Assembly: GCA_049516875.1 (NCBI GenBank) | Contig: JBEKSS010000009.1 | Span: forward strand, 32,001 to 96,000 | Source: Candidatus Bathyarchaeia archaeon | GTDB taxonomy: Archaea; Thermoproteota; Bathyarchaeia; Bathyarchaeales; Bathycorpusculaceae | Direction: 5' to 3' | DNA length: 64,000 nucleotides | In this document: piece by piece, positions 60,284 through 64,000 of the stretch | Layout of the letters: each line of letters starts with the position of its first letter | How positions within the stretch are numbered: position 1 is the stretch's first letter | Notes under the pieces: model-generated | Database searches by the model: none | Seen by the model: only the letters and a program-made list of their open reading frames with translations | What the model was told of the DNA's origin: nothing | Program-made: the position numbers and the translations under genes

Positions 60284-61089
60284 TGTTTCTTCAGCTGATT
60301 GAGCGTTTCCTGCAGGGCTGCCATGAGCTCTTTGGCTTCCTCTTTCACGGGTTTTTCAGCGACTATTGTTTCACCCTTGAGCTTCTTTGCAATGAGCTTT
60401 CGAATCCTCTCCTCGTAAGTGTCCTCATATTCCGTTATGTCGAATTCGCCTGAAAGATCGTTTATTATCTTCACGGCAAGGTCCAGTTCTTTCTTCTCGG
60501 GTTCCTTGAGTCGTTTCAGCTCTTCGGAGTTGTTCGGATCTGAAATCTCGTACGCGTATCGAAGCGTGGTCAAGACTAGCGCTCCCTTGTAGGCGTGCAA
60601 CAAGACAGGATACTCTTTCGTTCTCAGAGTGATTCTTCCCGCGCCGGCCTTGTGCGTTTTCTGCAGGGCTGTCAAGAGTAAGCTGTAGGCTTCATCACTC
60701 TTGTCGGGCGTGAGCACATAGGATCTTTCGAAGTATATCGGGTCGATAGAGAGGTAGTCCACAAACTTGTCGATGCGGATTTTTTGGCTGGACTGTGGCC
60801 TCGCCGCGTCAAGCTCCCCTTTCTGGAACACTATGAAGCGGTTCTTGCTTACCTCGTAGCCTCTCACAGTGTCTTCCCAAGGAACCACCATGTTATCCTT
60901 GACGCAAACCTTCTGATACCTCAACGGTTGTCCATCTTGTTTGTGAAGGAACCTGAAAGAAAAAGCCTTGTCAAACGTCATCGTGTAAAGCTTAACCGGC
61001 ACGTTGACCAGCCCGATTGTCACGGCTCCACTCCAAAACGGCCTTTTCGGAATTCGAACATTTGGTTCTTCAATTGGTTCTTCCATCAA
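60280..61089 (-). CDS. ku: Ku DNA end-binding protein
   Basis: WSGAVTIGLVNVPVKLY, VRGYEV, IDPIYFERSY, Y.DTY...I..LI..K, LMAALQ. Confidence 0.95.
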   Translation of the reverse strand: MMEEPIEEPNVRIPKRPFWSGAVTIGLVNVPVKLYTMTFDKAFSFRFLHKQDGQPLRYQKVCVKDNMVVPWEDTVRGYEVSKNRFIVFQKGELDAARPQSSQKIRIDKFVDYLSIDPIYFERSYVLTPDKSDEAYSLLLTALQKTHKAGAGRITLRTKEYPVLLHAYKGALVLTTLRYAYEISDPNNSEELKRLKEPEKKELDLAVKIINDLSGEFDITEYEDTYEERIRKLIAKKLKGETIVAEKPVKEEAKELMAALQETLNQLKKQ

Positions 61090-61943
61090 TTCACACTCTT
61101 CTCAAGTCTCTGCCTACCGTCAAGCATTCCCTTCCAAGGGTTGCTCTCAGACTTGGCAATAGTGAACAAAGTGAAACTCTCTGGCTTTAATCCTTTTTTG
61201 ACTTCGCTCCAGTCTAATGGCATAGAAACGGTTGCTTGAGGAGTAGCCCTCAGACTGTACGGACAGATCATAGTTCTACCATGAGAATTCTGCCTGTAAT
61301 CAATGTAAACAGTTCCGGGCTCTTTGGACTGGGAAACTTCCGAGACAACGGCTGGAGACTCTCGGGCCAAGTACTTTCCGACTTGGTGCACGTATTCCCT
61401 TGTCTGAGCAAAGGTGTACTCTCGAACTATGGGAACAAGAATGTGCAATCCCTTTTTTCCAGAAGTCTTCACGTAAGATCTAAGACCCAAGCCGTCAAGC
61501 TTCTCCTTCAGCGTCAACGTCACGGCGACAGTGTCGTTCATGCTCGCCGGCGGCTCCGGATCGATGTCAAAGACCATAAGGTCGGGCTTCTCGAAGGCGT
61601 CTATTTTTGAGAGTGTCATGTGAAGCTCTAGGGCCGCGAGGTTGGCAAGCCAAACAAGTGTGTCTAGGTCATTGCACACAACGTAGTTTATTTCCCGCTC
61701 GGCTGCTTCGGAATGTTTCTTGAACGTCTTCACCCAAGCAGGAGTGCCCTGAGGCATGTCCTTTTCGTAGAAGCCCTCCTTGTCGACGCCGTTGGGAAAC
61801 CGCGTCAGAACTGTCGGCCTGTTGGCAAGGATGCCTAACATTCTGGAGGCCATTCTGATGTAGTGTTGGATCACCTGCGCTTTCGTCACTATTACCTCTG
61901 GATAAAGTATTTTGTCCAAGTTCGTGAACTCTACCCTAGTCAA
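61086..61943 (-). CDS. Stand-alone LigD polymerase (AEP primase-polymerase)
   Basis: TNLDKILYP, RFPNG, FYEK, FDIDP, KTSGKKGLHI, YIDYRQN, PYSLRA. Confidence 0.93.
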   Translation of the reverse strand: MTRVEFTNLDKILYPEVIVTKAQVIQHYIRMASRMLGILANRPTVLTRFPNGVDKEGFYEKDMPQGTPAWVKTFKKHSEAAEREINYVVCNDLDTLVWLANLAALELHMTLSKIDAFEKPDLMVFDIDPEPPASMNDTVAVTLTLKEKLDGLGLRSYVKTSGKKGLHILVPIVREYTFAQTREYVHQVGKYLARESPAVVSEVSQSKEPGTVYIDYRQNSHGRTMICPYSLRATPQATVSMPLDWSEVKKGLKPESFTLFTIAKSESNPWKGMLDGRQRLEKSVN

Positions 61944-62333
61944 CTTCTCCAGGCAGACTCACCCTCTGAGTTGAATATGTATCTCTTCGTCCGGATATTT
62001 GTGCGTGTTACCGCTCAATAGCACGCCCTGCGAGTCAGGCATCTGTATATGACCAAATCCTTTTGAAAATAAGAAATTATCGTTGAAGAACCAGAAGACA
62101 ATTACTAGTACGAGTAGCGCCACCAAGAAAACGATATCTTTGGTTGGAAAATGTCTTTCTGTTACTAACTTCTCTGTGGATTCCGCTTTGTCTCTAAGTT
62201 CTGCATACTTAAGATTGACCGCTTCTAGCTTTTCTCGTGAATTGTAACGCGCGGGCGATGTTTGCTTTGTTCCCGTGAAACGGGCTCTCGCACTGCTTAA
62301 TAGTCTGCAGAACGGTATCTCTGATTGATTAGA

Positions 62334-63239
62334 ATGGCAGGTTTCAGAAGAATCGATAGAATCTTGAAAGGCAAGTCGACTCTTGAAGGCGCAGGCGTCA
62401 AGCTAAAACGTGCATTTGGTCCTCATGAAGTTCCTTTGCTGGACCCGTTTTTGCTTCTTGACGATTTTCACTCCAATAACCCGGACGACTATTTGGCGGG
62501 TTTTCCTTGGCATCCCCATCGAGGTATAGAAACAGTGACCTACGTGCTTGAGGGCATGGTTGAGCACGGAGACAGCATGGGAAACAGGGGCGTGATACGT
62601 TCGGGCGATGTGCAGTGGATGACAGCGGGCAACGGCATCATCCATCAGGAAATGCCGAAGGGTTCCGAGGGTGGGCTGATGTGGGGCTTCCAGCTTTGGG
62701 TGAACCTGCCCGCGTCGCACAAGATGGACGACCCGACGTACAGGGGCATAACGAGAGGCGAGATCCCTGAGGTCGAGGTTAATCCAGGCGTCAGAGTCAA
62801 GGTAATCTGCGGCGAATTGAAGGGAAACAGGGGGCCCGTTCAAGGTCTCACGGTGGACTGTGAATACTTGGACGTGATGTTGGAACCGAACGCTCAACTC
62901 GAACACTCCACTAAGAAGGGACACGGAGCCTTTGCTTACGTAATCGGTGGAAGAGGCTACTTCGATCAACAGAGATCAAACCCAATCGACGCAGAACAGG
63001 TCGTCGTCTTCAGCGGAGGCGAAAAAGTCAAGATTAGCACAGGGGACAATAGTCTGCGGTGCCTCATGATATCGGGAAAGCCTGTAGGTGAACCGGTAGC
63101 TTGGCTTGGGCCCATCGTTATGAACACCCAGGAAGAGCTGAGAACTGCGTTCAGCGAACTCGACCGAGGCACTTTCCTGAGAAACCCAAAGGCCGCGAGG
63201 AACCCGCCTGAACTGCACCCGACCTATTACAAAAGATAA
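62334..63239 (+). CDS. Pirin-family protein
   Basis: DPFLLLD, GFPWHPHRGIETVTY, QWMTAG.GI.HQE, GPIVMNT. Confidence 0.95.
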   Translation: MAGFRRIDRILKGKSTLEGAGVKLKRAFGPHEVPLLDPFLLLDDFHSNNPDDYLAGFPWHPHRGIETVTYVLEGMVEHGDSMGNRGVIRSGDVQWMTAGNGIIHQEMPKGSEGGLMWGFQLWVNLPASHKMDDPTYRGITRGEIPEVEVNPGVRVKVICGELKGNRGPVQGLTVDCEYLDVMLEPNAQLEHSTKKGHGAFAYVIGGRGYFDQQRSNPIDAEQVVVFSGGEKVKISTGDNSLRCLMISGKPVGEPVAWLGPIVMNTQEELRTAFSELDRGTFLRNPKAARNPPELHPTYYKR

Positions 63240-63450
63240 GGAACAGCAAGCAAGCTGGCACGGAATCGATTCGAGAATCTGCTGGCCCGCCCCAAACAGA
63301 CACATCAGGAATGGCGCAAGATTAGGTCAGAGATCTTAGCGTGGTGTGGAATATAGATTGAATTGGGATTTGGGGTTTTTCGATCAGCGTGAACACAGAC
63401 TGGAAAGTCTTTAAAGGCCTAGTCAATTAGAATGGAAGTTGGTGGTGCAG

Positions 63451-63828
63451 ATGGAGTATGTTAAGACTGATAGGGCACCTTCGCCGGTTGCGTGTTATTC
63501 TCAGGCTGTGAGGGCGGGTGACTTGCTTTTCGTTGCTGGCCAGGTGCCTTTGGATCCTAAGACCAAGAAGCTGGTTGAGGGTGGCATTGAGGCTCAGGCG
63601 AGACAGGCTTTGGAGAACGTCAAAGCGATAGTTGAGGCTGCTGGTTCGTCTCTTGAGAAGGTGGTCAAGGTGACGGTTTTCTTGAAGGATATGAAGGATT
63701 TCAAGAAGATGAACGACGTGTGCTGCACGTATTTTATGAAGGACCTTCCGGCTCGAACCACGGTTCAAGCACAGCTAGCCGTGCCGGAATTGCTCATAGA
63801 AATCGAAGCCACAGCCTGCTTCACATAG
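63451..63828 (+). CDS. ridA: RidA/YjgF-family enamine/imine deaminase
   Basis: YSQAV, GQVPLDP, VVKVTVFL.D, PARTTV, IEIEA. Confidence 0.92.
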   Translation: MEYVKTDRAPSPVACYSQAVRAGDLLFVAGQVPLDPKTKKLVEGGIEAQARQALENVKAIVEAAGSSLEKVVKVTVFLKDMKDFKKMNDVCCTYFMKDLPARTTVQAQLAVPELLIEIEATACFT

Positions 63829-63854
63829 AAGCGCGTGCACATCTGTGAATAGCT

Positions 63855-63882
63855 GGTTTGGATAAGACTTTACCCCCAAACC
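63855..63882 (+). repeat. Dispersed motif, copy 4
   Basis: GGTTTGGATAAGACTTTACCCCCAAACC. Confidence 0.85.
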
Positions 63883-64000
63883 CCCCAACTTTTGGTTTAT
63901 GCATGGCACGCGTCAAGAATGGTATTTCACGTTTTTGATTTTCTCACGCGTCTAGACAGACTTAAATTACGATTGCCTTAAGAATATGTGAAGGACAGGC

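Noticed and set aside
13298-62969. Long antisense or alternative-frame ORFs in the track (e.g. 13298-13822, 17538-18326, 59327-59968, 62403-62969)
   Set aside because: They shadow well-supported genes and lack motifs.
54867-63882. CRISPR array or integron attC array
   Set aside because: Copies are 1-6.6 kb apart rather than separated by 30-40-nt spacers. No cas or intI gene is present and I saw no RYYYAAC/GTTRRRY ends.

Overview
Archaeal genomic window. An archaeal EF-1alpha, a DRG GTPase, TATA/BRE promoters, PEF-CTERM-type surface proteins and an archaeosortase-family gene point to Archaea, and the gene style suggests Bathyarchaeia (inference, not tested). Bases 1-5.7 kb form a visibly AT-richer, partly decayed island (SMC/Rad50-like ATPase, McrC remnant, split PD-(D/E)XK nuclease gene). 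The rest is a mixed core/accessory region: HtrA, EF-1alpha, a GAF histidine kinase, an arsenic cluster (arsC, AbrB-type regulator, CMD protein, arsM), an ABC exporter, a HerA-like ATPase, three large surface proteins and a complete Ku/LigD-type NHEJ operon with DUF72. The strongest unexplained signals are non-coding. (1) Two convergent paralogous promoter + structured-leader + RBS elements (36.3 kb and 38.6 kb) have a covarying 17-bp stem and an anti-RBS loop, and each precedes a different small ORF. (2) A 47-49-bp inverted repeat brackets EF-1alpha. (3) A GATAARACTTTACCC motif occurs four times in the last 10 kb. (4) An intergenic (GC)n palindrome is highly iterated and appears to coincide with local AC-to-GT strand-skew switches. 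In addition, an archaeosortase homolog next to a giant PEF-CTERM-like protein lacks its catalytic Cys and His. About eight single-base frameshifts suggest residual assembly indels. I recognised no rRNA, tRNA, CRISPR array or transposase. All calls come from reading the sequence; no database searches were run.
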